Origin: the human T2T-CHM13v2.0 reference genome, Homo sapiens
DNA length: 64,000 nt
Assembly (NCBI RefSeq): GCF_009914755.1
Contig: NC_060928.1
Direction: 5' to 3' (one strand)
In this document: positions 62,921-64,000 of the stretch, in pieces
Layout: every line of letters starts with the position of its first letter
Position numbering within the stretch: position 1 is the stretch's first letter
Program-made: the position numbers and the translations under genes
Notes under the pieces: generated by a model
The model's database searches: none
What the model was told of the DNA's origin: nothing
What the model saw: the letters and a program-made list of their open reading frames with translations, nothing else

Positions 62921-64000
62921 AAGGAATGTTTTAAGAATAAATACAATGGTACAAGATTAGCTCAGTGCTTGGAACTTATAAATTATTCAATGGTATTTAT
63001 TATTGTTATATTTATGATTTTTAATTGTCTTATTTGGGAGATTATATTCAGTAAACATTTCATGAAGATTATTCTAATTCCTTTCTTGTATATTCACTCA
63101 GCTTTGTAGCCTCTCTCAACTCTCAGCATACTTGTTTTGAGAAATCCCAAGTCTAAATTCAACATTCCACCCATTCTATACTCAAACATGGCTAAAGAAA
63201 ATACATTGCTATAGTGACTGGTCTCGTTTTAAATTCATGGCGTGACCATTCTCCCACGGCTCTTCCTATATTTTCCTATACTTCTAAAAAAATAACATTC
63301 CACATTCCCTTTGCTGTTTTTCTTTGCTCTACTTTGTGTTTTATTTTTAGGTCCCTATTTCTCATCTTCATTTTTGATAAATTTGTTAACCCATGCTTTC
63401 CAGAGCATAGTGAGCCATGAAAGCCATGCATGTGTGAGATAATTAAATATATAATTTAGTGCAGCACATACTGAGGTTCAAGTTTGTGAGGGCCTTGTGA
63501 TAAAATTATTATATATGTTGGAGTTATTTATCAACACTTTGAGGAAAGACATTTATTCATCATGGGACAAAAACAATATTCTTTAACTCACTAGACATTA
63601 TGGTGAAGGTAGTTACACATCCTGGTAGCAGGTAAGGATGCCCAAGTTTACTCAGAATTGTCGGGGGACTATTCAGTGTAACTCTTCACAACTCTTAGTT
63701 AGACATCGAGCCCCTGAATAAGCTCCAGAGTACTAGAGAGAATTAGTTAAGACAACAAAATAAAGCATAAAAGTGAAAGATACTACCAGTGTTTCAAAAA
63801 AAAAAAAAAATGAGAAGGAAGAGGAAGAACTACTTTCACATCAGGTGCTCTATAACGATGGTGGAAGTTTGTATTTTTTTCCCCAATGCTTTCAATAGAG
63901 ATAAAGAGAAAGCACTATCTTTTTCACTTTAACATTGTCCTGAAAAGTAACTAATCTAATAGGTCTGCAGCCTTCCCAAATATACATGTACCGTCTTTCT

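Overview
Primate (most likely human) genomic DNA, AT-rich and dominated by repeats, covering the 5' end of the UGT2A1/UGT2A2 UDP-glucuronosyltransferase locus on the minus strand. It holds the start of the UGT2A2-specific coding exon (438->1, running off the window and missed by the ORF track), the complete UGT2A1-specific coding exon (8443->7729) and a probable short non-coding leader exon (~14050->13990). The remaining ~50 kb has no recognisable genes and consists of nested L1, LTR, Alu, MIR and L2 copies; nearly all other ORFs in the track are repeat-derived or chance. I found no evidence for a new multi-gene system. The best leads are: (i) splice geometry that allows an in-frame UGT2A1+UGT2A2 double-N-domain protein and a leader whose uATG changes role with exon choice; (ii) an LTR12 pointing at UGT2A1 whose core promoter is interrupted by a captured ~200-bp polyadenylated fragment; (iii) three nested L1s cut off by one young breakpoint, leaving an intact ORF0 and an endonuclease-only ORF2. 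Repeat subfamily names were assigned by eye from remembered consensus sequences and need Dfam/RepeatMasker confirmation.
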